Shown piece after piece: positions 1-12,123 of a stretch of DNA of 64,000 nt. The DNA lies in assembly GCA_010405405.1 (NCBI GenBank), contig MU004239.1, forward strand, positions 1,178,001-1,242,000, written 5' to 3'. Numbering within the stretch: the stretch's first letter is position 1; every line of letters begins with the position of its first letter. The translations under genes and the position numbers were made by a program. This DNA is from Microthyrium microscopicum. Lineage: Eukaryota. The notes under the pieces are model-generated. The model was not told the DNA's origin and made no database searches. It worked only from the letters and a program-made list of their open reading frames with translations.

Positions 1-444
1 TGGAGCAAAGGGCGAGTAGTACTTTTGGGTGATTCTGCGTAAGCCTTTCACTCCTCACACATCATCGAACACTGGCAAATTGTTGACTTGATTCCCAGAT
101 TCTGCGCTTCTCCAATATCTGGAATGGGAACTACGTTAGCAATGACTGGCGCATACAACTTAGCTGGAGCACTCACGCAGCATCCTGATGATCCAGAAGC
201 TGCATTTTCTCAATACGAGAAAGCGCAACGGCCAATCGTCAACAGTGCACAAAAACTAGCCCCTGGCTTTCCACACCTGATCACTCCACAAACGCCATGG
301 GGAGTATGGATCCTTCATGCCATCATGTGGATCATATATAGATCGAGGTTGATCGATCTGCTCTCAAAAATTGCGGGGCCACCTGCAGGTCTTGCTCCCA
401 TCAATGACTATGGATTCAAACAGCTGTCTGATATCAGTTCGTGA
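1..444 (+). CDS. FAD-dependent monooxygenase (FAD_binding_3 / UbiH-like), 3' part only; gene runs off the left edge
   Basis: Exon 1-38 gives WSKGRVVLLGDSA; GT-AG intron 39-98; then FCASPISGMGTTLAMTGAYNLA, the GD...PxxGxG fingerprint of group A flavoprotein monooxygenases; stop at 444. Confidence 0.85.
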
Positions 445-451
445 ACAGGAA

Positions 452-635
452 AGCGACACGCTGGAAGAGCATGAGCGCCATGTCCCTCAGGTCTGTGAGA
501 AGCTCCAGCAAGCAGGGCTCTACTTGGATATAGATGAGTGCGAATTTGCTGTCCAGCAATTGAAATATCTCGGAACTATCCTTTCACCTGACGGGATTCA
601 AATGGATATGGAAAAGGTCGATGCGATTCTCAATC
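452..635 (+). mobile_element. Ty3/gypsy LTR-retrotransposon reverse transcriptase fragment (relic)
   Basis: SDTLEEHERHVPQVCEKLQQAGLYLDIDECEFAVQQLKYLGTILSPDGIQMDMEKVDAIL matches the gypsy RT segment after YxDD (EEHxxH...L...KCEF...YLG..I...GI..D..KV.AI). No YxDD, LTR, gag or integrase seen nearby. Confidence 0.85.
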
Positions 636-1674
636 ATATCACCATACTGCTATCAGTAACCACGTCAGCTCCGCGACCGTGACATGAACAGTGTTCTTTT
701 GAGTCACTATGTTCTCCTGAGTATATCTCAATCCTGGGCTTGTGATGTGAGACCACAAGATCATGATAGTTTCAGTCTTTCAGATCTTGATTCTTGACAT
801 CGTTCAGGATTACGCCGACTGATATTGATGTTGCTTAGGATCACACTGCCACGTATGAAGGAATTGCGGATGCGGACCTGATTTTCCAAGACTTTTCAAC
901 TTTTCAAGAGCAAAATTAGTGGTAATCAAAAAAATTTCAAGGCTACCTGAATCTTGAGCTGCTTTCATTAAATGTTACGTCTTCAAGTGCGGATACTAGC
1001 TTCCAGGAACGCCGTGTATGTTCTTGCATAGTCTCACGCACTAGGTCTGTGGATGCTCGGTCTTTTGCTCTATCAAGACGGAATCGTTTTATAGATTAAA
1101 AGGCTATAACTCTCTTCACAAGCCAATGTACAAGCATCCCTTCAGATGGAAGAGGCACAGAAGTTTGCTGCGCAAGTGGGATGTGAAAATTCCATCCTGC
1201 GCATCCTAAAGTGACCATTGGCTGGTAATAAGATGCACCGACTTTTGATCCTTTGCAGTGATGTGGATTATTATCTGGAGAGATATCTCTAGGTTGCTAG
1301 ATAAAGAATGCGTTTTCCAGCGGCGAGAATGGCTCGGAACTAAAATTGACTCTTGAAGCCTACACTCGCCGCCCAATATTGACAATTATCGTCATAATCA
1401 TGGTAGTATTGTTGCCATCATGTCTGCCGTTTTGATCCTGGCGAATCCAAAAATCCCCAAAGCTTGGTATTAGGCAGAATGCAAGAAGTGACAACTTGGA
1501 GAAAAGACTTTCCATATGCGTAGACATATACGCTTCAACCTTGAGATGGAATCCAGAGGCAAGCTCATCTAAAGCCATTGAGAATGGTCTTGAAAAGTAA
1601 CCGAACCGCCAGCAGGTTCAGTGCTTCATTATATCCATCACCTTAGAAACGATAGCAGAATAGCGTAACTCAAA

Positions 1675-2860
1675 ATGCTATTTTCTTCTAAACTCTTTTT
1701 ATCTTTGCTCTTGCCAGTCTCGAACTTGGCCCAGAATTGTAAATATCTCATCAACTCAATTTATCTCGTTTTCTTGGTCCGCTAACATCCTTCCAGTCTC
1801 ACCGCCAGGAACAGCTACACCTGCGGCAGCGGATGACTTCAACTTGACTGCCTTTTACTCGCAGTATGCCAACGCAGCTTATTGCAGGCAAAATACTCAG
1901 CTGGCTCCAAGGGCAGAAACATCTCTTGTCCTAACGGACAATGCAACGATGCTCAGAGTGCTATCATTCTAGATACGTTTGACAAGTACGAAGCCAGTAT
2001 TAAGGCACACCCACTTACTAGTGCAATACTAACCAAAGCTCTAGAAGTCCTGTTATAGTTACCAACACTGGAGGCTTTATAGCTGTGGATGAGGGTCGAC
2101 AGCTCATTATTGTAGCTATCCGAGGTGCGGAGGACATGGCACAGCTGACATTACTCCTGGAGACCGGAGGACTCCAGACGGCTACAAACAATCTGTGTGA
2201 TGGTTGCCGAGTCTCCACCCCGTTTCTTACTGGATACACGGAGGTCAGGACAACAATCATCAATGCCATCACCACAGCAGCACGGGACCACCAGGGATTC
2301 AAGGTCGTGACTGTTGGCCATTCGTATGGCGGAGCACTTTCGCATTTGGCTGCACTGGAGATCAGAAACATGACTAAAAGCCTCCAGGTTGATCTTGTAC
2401 TATCCCCGATCAATTACGGATGACCAGATTACTAACAATTTGCTTCATTTAGGCCACTTACGGCTCTCCAAGGGTCGGTAATCCAGTTCTCGCTGCTAAA
2501 CTCGATAGCCAAAACAGCCAAACAAGGCCAGATGGCACTTCCTTTGGTCGAAATCTTCGCGTTGTGCACGACAATGATATTATCCCCAATTTTGCACCCG
2601 CGCCAGGAAGCCCCTTATTTCCTCCTGCTACGTTCAGACATACTACGCCATCCTTTTTTCTTCGAAATCCATCAGGAACCGTTCCTAAAAGTACGGACTT
2701 CTTCTCGATTCCTTCCCCTGACAATGATATTAGCGTTGTTTTGGACGGTTCGGTGCTTGCGCCAGCCACAGATGGTACTACAATGCCATTAGTTTCTGCG
2801 ATCGATCTCCGCCACCTGGAACGTTCCCTCCTCCTACCGGACAACCGGCTTCCAGTATGA
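1675..2860 (+). pseudogene. Secreted class 3 lipase / feruloyl-esterase-like gene with an apparent 1-nt frameshift
   Basis: Signal peptide MLFSSKLFLSLLLPVSNLA; introns 1739-1796, 1986-2044, ~2397-2452; motifs FYSQYANAAYC, IIVAIRG, VTVGHSYGGA (GxSxG), TYGSPRVGN, RVVHDNDIIP. The frame changes at ~1889-1900 with no intron to explain it. Confidence 0.75.
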
Positions 2861-3273
2861 TAAGTGCCCAGCTGAGAAAGGACGCGGAGGTTCTGGAACA
2901 ATTTTTGAAATCCAGAAACATGACGGTTATCCACAACTAAGGGGTAGGGAGCAATCAGGTCGATGGTGCTTTATTATTTTCAAATCCGGGTTGTAGACGT
3001 GCATCTTTTAGCGTCCGTATTTAGCAGTCGAAGCTGTCATTACAGTATTGATATTTCGTCATGTCCTGAAAGGATAAAGTCCTATGTTCTTCATCTGAGA
3101 GCATTCGTAGAGAATTCAAGGCAATGAGCAGTGGCATGTGTTACTGAATTGAATGAAAATGACTTTCTTTCAGTCGCATGACTTCAATGACAAGGAAGAT
3201 AAAAGTGCAATGCATATCGGCCCCATAAGGTACGAAACCTTCACATTAGATGTCGGCAGATACACCTGGGTGC

Positions 3274-4272
3274 TTAACCGTAAATCTTTTTGAACTGAGG
3301 GACAGAAGTCAAGAACTCCTCAGTTGCGATCAAAAATCCGCATGCAGTGCTTAGGAAGCCTTTACAATAGTGGCCCACCTCCACACGTTCCAAAGTAGAC
3401 TTCAAGTAACAATGCCATCCACTAATAGTCGATACAAGACCGGATGGTCTAACTGAGAAACATTTCATCCACGGCCTAGGCATAGAGAAGACTGACTTAA
3501 TGACCCGAACTTGATCATTCGGAAGTCGCGAACCGTTACTATATGTTCTAGCACAGTGTTAGAGCATCATCTTTGCGATGGAAGATTCAATCTACCGTAT
3601 ACCGTTAACAAACTCGAAAGACACTCTTTGGAAAGGACCACCAAGGCGCTCATCGTCATTCGTGGGCTGATTCACATTCGACTCTTGTAGGTCAAATGAA
3701 CGCCATTTCAGCCATTGCTTGTCATCCTCCGATACAGCGCGATCACCATCAGCGGCTTTCAGGCGTTCATGGCATGTATACCATGTGTCCTGTGGAGGAT
3801 TCGTGAGGTCCGGACCGTTAATGGCTCCGTAGTTGGATGGATAGCAAAACAATGGAGAGTCAACGATGATCCAGCCACACTGAAATGTATTAGTGTGCAC
3901 TAATCATAAGAAAACCTTTTCAATCAGCAGTCTGCTCTTCTGAAAACCAATACTGTGCAGAGATGATTCATGATGGCTTCTCGTCATAATAGCATTGTAG
4001 AAGTTGACCGGATCGAGATTGCTGATGAATAAGCAGGAAAACTGTACCCTTAAAAGCTTCTCCATGCCATCGGGCGCCTGGCCGAGACATCTTTCGTAGT
4101 ATGTGCGATATATTGAAAACGAAGCCTTGACTCCCCCGGTGTAATTAACGACACGAGAGATATCGATATTCTCTACGTACCAAGTGTTATTTATATGGGA
4201 GAATGGAGGCTCAGCGTCCAGAGCATGGACAATAGGAAGTAAGGATAGCATGAATAGCAGCATACTGGGCAT
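3274..4272 (-). CDS. Secreted Cys-containing hypothetical protein (about 3 exons)
   Basis: Signal peptide MPSMLLFMLSLLPIVHA; ORFs 3904-4296, 3592-3900 and 3274-3483 can be joined by GT-AG introns; the second (GTAGAT...CTAAC...TAG, ~3548-3595) keeps frame into MPRPWMKC. The first donor is uncertain. Confidence 0.6.
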
Positions 4273-5148
4273 GTTGAGTTGAAAAATGATGTGCATGTGA
4301 AAGTAGAAATGGAGCAGCTTTTTGATTGTATCTGATGAGAATATTCAACTTATATACTTCCATGCGTCGATATGTCAGTATGAGCCCTTGTGTAACATAT
4401 CATATTCAATGGACTGAAACTGGTCCTCATTAAATCATCACAAATTCGCCGATTCCGGGTTTATTCGAATTTAGAGAGGGGTCTGAAGGATTCAGACCCA
4501 GGTAATTTAGTCTGCAATTGATCAGTACGAGCCAGTCAGAAGGCTTCTCCATGCTTCATTGCAATCCTACTCAGGGCTCACAAGTTGCAGTATGTACTCC
4601 GTACCGCCTTCAACTGACGCGACGCCATAGACTTCTGGGTTTCCTATCTATTGCAATTTGTTGCCAAAGACGATGTGAAATATTTCAACAGCCATTGAAT
4701 GCCTGGTTGATATCGCATCTTTTGCTTACCTGCTAGCGTTGGGGGGTGGGGGACGGCGCATTTCTGGCGCGCCGCTGGTGAGAGAGTGTTGAGAGCCAGT
4801 TGGTCCTGTTGAGCAGGATCATGAACGGACATGCCGGAGTCTTGAGTAGCTGATGCCTAAGAACTGGTGAAAGTGTCACGGAGCCGGATATTTTCTCTCT
4901 CATCGATGCCACAAAAGAATCAAGGATTGACCTGATACTGGCTTCTGGTGCCTGGCGCGGCTCATTACACGGATAGTCGATAGCCGCGACGCCACAGGGG
5001 TAGTGTTTAGGCAAATATCCACTATTCCCGGGTTAGGGGCTTACTATAATTACTACAGATAGGGAGCAGCCCATCATGCAGTAAACACAACATACACCTG
5101 TATTCTGATTGTTCACCTCAAGTCGCTGCGAGCGCATACGGTATCTTG

Positions 5149-7180
5149 ATGGGTATGTCTAAATTGACCTGCGACTAATTTGTCAATATCTCAACTGATC
5201 GATTCTGTAGGGTACTCGGAGGTCAGATGCCAGCTCTGTGGAGTTGGATTTAACATTGGACGTGTACGACGAGCTGGTGAACCGCTGAATACGGCATTTT
5301 CTTTTGCGGAGCAAAAACTACATCTTGAGCACAATTTTGTCAACAAAAGTATCAATAAACGAGAGTACTGTCCAGAAAATTCTCTATGTATCAACGTCAA
5401 AGCCAACAGGCGTAAGGAACAGTCATCGACCAGGCCGAACGCTTGGTTGTTGTCGACCGAGGACGATGATGACCCTGACTGGGAATACCAATCACAAGGA
5501 GACAGCGAGCCACTAGAATACGCTGAGGAGGAGGATCCGTCAGATGGATCAAATAGCGAAGCTGAAGGGGATACAGTGTCGGAGTCTTGCGATATCGATT
5601 CCAGGTCAACTGAAATATCCATCAGACCATCACAAAGGTCAAATTCACCGACACTAGTGGAACTCATGGAGGATCTGGAAAATGAAGAATCGCCTTCCGA
5701 AGAAGAAGACGATAATTTTGAAGCCAGGTATAACCGATCCAGGACGCTGGAGCATCTGGCCGGTCCTCTGTGTAACCACCCACGAGGGTATAATGGAAAC
5801 AATATCAGTGCTGAAGAGATGTTTGGTTGCTGCACCTCACAATGTCTTGTGCCCAAAGACGGCTTCTGGAAACCCCACCCGACCGATGAGGACTTTGAGC
5901 TCAGCAGCAAGTACTTTCTTTCTGGCTTGGGTGGCCACATGAACTCGCGCGATTACGGTGGCGTACGCCCACTTCCTAGCCGTCATGGGCTAGGAGATGA
6001 GATCCATCCTGATGATCAGATCTGGCAGGCTGGCGAAGAGGTGCCGCTTCCGTTTCATCCTGCCTGTCTCGAAATATACAGGCGTGTCTCACAAATACGC
6101 TTTGGGGAGTTCAATGTTGATGGCCTTTGTCAGTGGCGATTACTCGAGTGTGGTCATGCCAACGAAGTCTACAATGCCATCAGCCATTCGCATCCTGTCC
6201 TTCGGCGAGCCCTGTCCCAAGAATGGCATCATAGAATTGGAGATGAATGGTAAGATTTTTCTTTAGCAAAAGCCCTCTATGATTGTATCGGAGTCGTAAG
6301 GATACTAGCGGTCATTACCACCTTTGATGGTTACCATAGTATGTTCTATGACCTTATTCAGAACCCTATATATTCTTGAGAGCGTGTTCATTTAGCTACA
6401 CTCTTGCATAACCGTCCACTAACAGCATCCAGGCTTGCAGCAAACCCATTATTGATCCCAAGTCTTCATTCGACCTTAGAGGAAGCTACTTACGAGAGCT
6501 CAGATACTTTCAATCCGTGTGACAGTGCATTTTCCTCGTGCAGGGAAGGTGTCGAACCGAAATCACAGGCCACTGGACATGGAGATTGCTTCCAAGGTCT
6601 GCCCCAAGAAGCGAATCTGCTCATCGTTGAGATGCTGCTCTCTTCGGATATTGCCGCTCTACGACTTGTGTCTCGCGCGTTTACACATCTTCCCATTTGT
6701 CTCTGGAAGAAGCTACTCAAGAAAGAGATGCCTTGGCTGTGGGAGATGCGCGATTACAGTCCGCCATACAAATGGTCAGCCATCGCCTACAGTGAGCTCA
6801 AAGAGGACGAAGAACGCATCAAGAAAGCAGCAGAGGAGTTGCGGCATCTACAGCATGTATATCGTCAAGTGTTCGAGGAAGAGATGCCCGAGCACTGGGA
6901 GCAATATTGTATGGATCATCCATGGCTCACGGACGACGTCGACGCAGAAGAACGCGTTGCAAATGAGCAAAGTATAACGCGATTGGGATCGTCTAGGTCA
7001 CTGTTTTCGTTGCCTCAGAATCGAACTAATTGGTACGAGGTCTATACTTTGATTAAGCGCAACTGGGATGATCTCAAAGGTCTGAGGAACAGAGAGCGAA
7101 TCTGGACTGTCTGCGAGACTATTTGTGATGGAATTGAGAAGCTTACGGAAAAGGGAAAGATTATCCACCACGAAATTTAG
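5149..7180 (+). CDS. Fungal F-box-domain protein with N-terminal Cys motif
   Basis: ATG at 5149, intron 5153-5210 gives MGYSEVRCQLCGVGFNIGR; acidic tract; LPFHPACLEIY; intron ~6250-6432; F-box-like FQGLPQEANLLIVEMLLSSDIAALRLVSRAF; C-terminal LKGLRNRERIW. Confidence 0.75.
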
Positions 7181-7202
7181 AATATTGAAGTGAATCATAA
7201 TC

Positions 7203-8432
7203 TTATTCTTGAATCTGTGCTCCCCACCTCTCCATCCTGTCCGCACCAAACGAAGCTTCCATGAAAACCTTTGCAAAACGGTCAACGTCCTCCGGCGCCG
7301 CATCCGTGAACAACTTATCGGCTTCCCCCAAAGGTATCAACCCAACATTGACCTCAGAGCATAGCTTCTCCCAGGCCGGAGCTGATTGCGCGTCCCAGAC
7401 CCCCTTGCGGGTTGTGAACACCATACCACCACCGCAAGACATTCGGCCTTGCTGCATGATCAGGTATATCGTGTGTACTCCAGTGGCAATAAGCCAGGTC
7501 CGTCGAATGCTCTCGGCGAGTATCCATGAATACCACAGAAGATCGTCAGAATGCGAATTAGTGGACAGTGAAGAACCTAGCGAGGCTTGCTCTCGAGCCG
7601 ATAAAAGGATGAAACTACCAAGACATGCTGCTTGGCTGGCACTTTGAATCATCTCTTGCAACCAAAGAGTTAATATTGGCATTTGAGTCTCTGAAAGATG
7701 CCGTAATCGAATGTCCGAGTCGTAAAGTCCAACTACTTGATAGATCAGCAATGCGTGAACACGAGCTATGTGTTCAAGCGGATCGAGGACAGTCGAGCCT
7801 CTGCTCGCTGTCTCTGTTGGTAAGCCTGTTGACGGTAGGCCGTGTTCTGCTAGCAATCGTTTAGCCCGCTCTCGTACAATTTGTAGAACAATATGCTCAT
7901 TTGACTTTGTCTTTTGAAAGTAGCATGTCAGAGAGGCGTATGCATCCTGGACACTCCTAGGTAAACGATTCCGATATAATCTAGGATGTATGAATGGATT
8001 ACTGCCTTTCTCTAACCATTCAGCTAGCCAATCTTTGATCGTCGTGATTTGTCGCTGCAAGTCCTGGATCGTTGAGGTATTCTTTCCAACCGGTAGAAGA
8101 TGATCTACCTTCCAGGTCTCCGGCGTAGTGAACCAGAGCGAAAATGATTGGCGATCCGTGAAATTGTTTGAGAACTCATAGGCATCAATTTCGCTCTGGA
8201 CGATAGAAGTGTACGCGGAAAGATGCGAGATGGTATGAAGGACGATGTCTTGTTGTTCAGTCGTAGCTGCATCATCTCCTTTGCAAGGAACCCAACTGGA
8301 ATGTTTCACTGGAGGATAGGTGCAATTAAATCCACGTTTATGACATCGTAGGCATTGTGGCTTCTGCTTTCCGCACCTCCTCTTGCCCATGGAGCACTTT
8401 TGGCATGCTCTAGTGTCCAGCAACTCAGCCAT
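7203..8432 (-). CDS. Zn(II)2Cys6 transcription factor
   Basis: CQKCSMGKRRCGKQKPQCLRCHKRGFNC binuclear cluster; single 409-aa ORF with WILAESIRRTW motif. Confidence 0.9.
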   Translation of the reverse strand: MAELLDTRACQKCSMGKRRCGKQKPQCLRCHKRGFNCTYPPVKHSSWVPCKGDDAATTEQQDIVLHTISHLSAYTSIVQSEIDAYEFSNNFTDRQSFSLWFTTPETWKVDHLLPVGKNTSTIQDLQRQITTIKDWLAEWLEKGSNPFIHPRLYRNRLPRSVQDAYASLTCYFQKTKSNEHIVLQIVRERAKRLLAEHGLPSTGLPTETASRGSTVLDPLEHIARVHALLIYQVVGLYDSDIRLRHLSETQMPILTLWLQEMIQSASQAACLGSFILLSAREQASLGSSLSTNSHSDDLLWYSWILAESIRRTWLIATGVHTIYLIMQQGRMSCGGGMVFTTRKGVWDAQSAPAWEKLCSEVNVGLIPLGEADKLFTDAAPEDVDRFAKVFMEASFGADRMERWGAQIQE

Positions 8433-9024
8433 TGTATATGATATGCCTTAGAAACAACTTGGGATTTCAACGTGGATTGAATTGCCGTCTTTGCAAGTAT
8501 TTGAAGTTTGCGGAAGCTATCCACTTAAGGAAAGACGCCGCAAGTCCATCGCTAGTGTATCGGTATAATCGTGGCTCGTGAGATGTCCCAAGCCCTCGGA
8601 CGGTGGATTTATCGACCGGCGCAGAGAAGTTGCCCCGGTGTGCGAATGCTCCTCGATTGGATAGTGGATTGGCCATGGTCATGATAAAATCGGCTCTGAA
8701 CTTGGACACACTTGTGAACTCTAGAAAAGCATTGCGTACTCTAATACTCGAGAATCCGGCAAGAAACCGCACTTGCACTCGAGGTTCGGGGTCCGCATCC
8801 TAAGCATCAAAACGCGGCCGCTAGCTCAAATCGAGTAGCTTCCGCAGTTCGAACGTCTTTGTTTCCATTACTCTAGAAAACTCTAGAATGGTGGAAGTTG
8901 ATGCTCTCCATCAACTGAGATTCTAGCGGAGATTGTCCTTTCTTGTGCGGCGCAAATCGCCGCTCATTACACAAGATGGTAATGAGGCAATACTCAGCAG
9001 CCAGCCGCTCCTAGAGGGATTGGC

Positions 9025-9031
9025 TATAAAA
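9025..9031 (+). promoter_or_regulatory. TATA box of the SDR gene
   Basis: TATAAAA ~85 nt before a 5'-UTR intron donor and ~270 nt before the ATG at 9296. Confidence 0.5.
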
Positions 9032-9295
9032 GTAGAGACATGACCATTCAGTAATACCACAAGATACACCCCAGATTTTAAATAGCAGCTGGAACTCAAA
9101 GCCAATTCTTGGTAAGGCTCACCCGTGCCGCATCACATTTCTAGACGACTTCCGATGAAACCGCAAACACCTCCCATGACAATTGTTGGCTGTTACGAGA
9201 TGCGATGGCTGTTGCGCGCTCTCACCACGAAAAGACATACTAACGGATATCAGCCTCTTTGAAACCCGAGTTCACAAAGTCTTGACTGAATAAAC

Positions 9296-10381
9296 ATGTC
9301 TCTCGAGGGCTTATCACCAGAAGTCATCGAACAGCTCTTCAACGCCGTCCTCCCCCAGAAAAATGTAACTCCAAACATTCATCGCGAGCCATATCCCGCA
9401 GTCTCGCCCACACGCCCCGAACTGAGCCAGGCCGGCAAGGCGGTTCTAGTCACGGGCGGTGGTACTGGTGTGGGATATTCCATTGCGCAATCTTTTGTGC
9501 GTGCGGCCGCCGATACAGTAATCATCATCGGTCGTCGCGAGAGTGTGATCGCAGAAGCTGCATCTAAGCTCGAGAAAGAGGCCAAGTCTGTCGGTACTGG
9601 CACGAAAATCATCTCTCGGTCTTTGGATGCCACCGACTTGGCCAAGGTCGATGCATTCTGGAACGACCTCGCTGCTCAGGGCGTGAATGTTGATGTCTAT
9701 GTCGCCAACGCGGCTAAGTTTTCGGATGGAAAATCAATACTTGAGTTGGGTTTCGATGAAGTTTGGTCTCAGATTGAGACAAACACCAAATCTCCTTTGT
9801 ACTTTGTCAACAAGTTCTGCGCTCAGCCGGGTGACAAGAAAAAGGTGAACATCCTCTCTCCTCCACTCATACTACCTCGTTTCCTAATGCGTATGAATTT
9901 ATTAGTACATTGTCAATGTATCCACTCAAGCAATACATTTGACAACGCATCCTCAGATCGCTAATCGTCCAGCGTACACGCTGTCGAAGACGGCGGGTAC
10001 GCTGCTGTTTCAGCTCATCGCGCAAACCGAACCTAGTGAGAAACTACAGGTTATCAGCTATCACCCCGGGATCATCTATGGTGATGAATTCGAGAAGATG
10101 GGTCTGCCAGCAGAGATATTCGATAATGGTAAGATATTGACTCTGGTCCGCCACAATGTTGCGTACAACCATACAGTCTGCAGACTTTTACTGACATAAT
10201 GTCCGCCTTAGTTCAACTCTGCGGCGATTTTGCAGTCTGGGCTGCATCGGAGGAAGCTGAATTCCTCCACGGACGCTTCGTCTGGGCGGGATGGGACGTG
10301 GATGATCTGGCTAATGGTGAGGCTCGGAAGCGTATCGATTCGGATCCTTTCTACCTTCGATCTTCCGTTGTAGGAGTTTAG
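9296..10381 (+). CDS. Short-chain dehydrogenase/reductase (SDR)
   Basis: VLVTGGGTGVG Rossmann motif, VANAA, catalytic YTLSK (YxxxK), ISYHPG, C-terminal AEFLHGRFVWAGWDVDDL; introns ~9845-9906 and ~10128-10211. Confidence 0.9.
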
Positions 10382-10812
10382 AGGTTGATCCTAGCGCCAG
10401 AGAAAACAAAGGTATAGAATAGATAGTTGTCAGTACGTCGAGAAATTGTTATTTGTTGTTCAGCAGCTGCTCCGTGACCATGTCTTCAACCCAAGAACAA
10501 TGTTTTAAACCAGCCGACAATAGGGATGTCGCGCTCTCATCTCCAAAATGTCTGCAACCGCATTACTTAACGAAAAGATGCCTTAGATGTCAGCACATGC
10601 GATATGCGGTCGAGGGCCTTGTGTATTTTGTCGACCAGGTATGTCCTGTTGTAAGCCGGGAAGAGGTTGCAATAGTGTCCGAGGCAAAGGAAGGCACAAG
10701 GCCATGAAGTAAATAAATGCATTGAGTATGTAAAGCATATCGTCGAAACAGTCATTAGCAGAACCACCTTGATAGAACTCCACTGACACCGTGCCATGCA
10801 AACCACACGCGT

Positions 10813-11761
10813 TCAAACCGTCGAACCGCATATACTCAAGTTCCGCACTTCCTGCAGCACTTCTTCCACCCGCTCATCCATTCTTCCTTCCGAATATTCG
10901 TCTCTTGTAGTTTTTGGTAGATACTCTTGTACACCGGCCATGTGAGAGTATCCTTCGCTCGCCAGTCGCATTTGTAGCTTGACAACCGCATCAAAGCTAG
11001 GATCCAGATAAGGTACGCGCATATCGACCAGTTGTGGAAGTTCTTCGAGAAGAGTAGCGTTGATCGCCTCGTACTGTGCTCTTGCCGCCTCAGCTTCCTT
11101 CTCCGCCATAGGCAATTTCGTCGCATCCTTGTCCGGCTTTTCTGTCAATTTCTTGACTTTTGCGCGCAATCCATCATAGTCCGTAAGTTTATCCTTTCGC
11201 TTCTTGACCGCCTCATTCACATCCGGAAAGTACGCACACCAGCGGTTGATCGGATCAAGCACCGTAGCACGATACGGCCCATCAAGTGCCTTCACTGTGT
11301 CCTTGTCTAACTCTTCCACTGCTCGCTTGTAACTTCGTGAGATGCCGTCGGCTGTGCCGGCGTCGCCGTAAAATGCGTCAACTGTCTCGGCGATACGGCA
11401 TTGGCTGGCGGTAAGGGCGCGCACTGAATCGAGCCAGCCTTTCGTTTCTTTTTGGAGCTTCATGGAGGATGTCTCCATGGTCTTGTAGCGTCTGGGATAG
11501 GTGGTTAGACCGGGGAGGGGAGGAATGCAAGGAGCCATGGTTAGAATTTACCGGCATTCAGTTTCGAAATCGCGGTCGTTGGTTTTCTCGACTTGGCCTG
11601 CTTTCATCATAACTTGGGTCGTGGCCCGACCAACGGACTTTTTGAATCCTATGCAGATGGGTCAGTACATGTTTGCAAGGCGTAATAGCCAGATGATGAT
11701 GACTAGAGATGTGCCGATTGTATGATCGCATCTCCGGAGAAGACGTACCTGACCACGACAT
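10813..11761 (-). CDS. RVS161: Amphiphysin-like BAR-domain protein Rvs161/Hob3
   Basis: Spliced N-terminus MSWSGFKKSVGRATTQVMMKAGQVEKTNDRDFE; LLEELPQLVDMRVPYLDPSF; C-terminal LSICGS; two introns. Confidence 0.95.
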
Positions 11762-12123
11762 GCTGGCGAATTGACTGCGAGATTCAGATGGTGCCTAGTT
11801 GGGTGCGAAGTGGTGCACAGTGGCAAGGCTAAGGTTGGTGGTCGCGAGATGTAGAGAATAGGTTGGGCAAAGAGGTTATAGATTTGAGTGACAAAGTCGC
11901 AAGGACAAGAGTAGTCAGCAGATGTTTGTGGAGTGATATGGAGATGCAATGGAAGGAGTGGTTTGAATCTGGAGATGGTAATGACGATTGCCTTGGAGTT
12001 GTCGTCTTTAGGAAGGGGCTTGGTTAGGATGACATGCAGGGGCCAACCAACCAACTCCATAATCTCTGCCTCTATTTCCGTCTCAGGGTTCAGATCCACC
12101 ATCAAAACTTTTCTGTTTGACAA

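Noticed and set aside
4644..5014. Two overlapping minus-strand ORFs that could be a frameshifted gene
   Set aside because: No recognisable motif, no ATG start for the first, no convincing splice signals.
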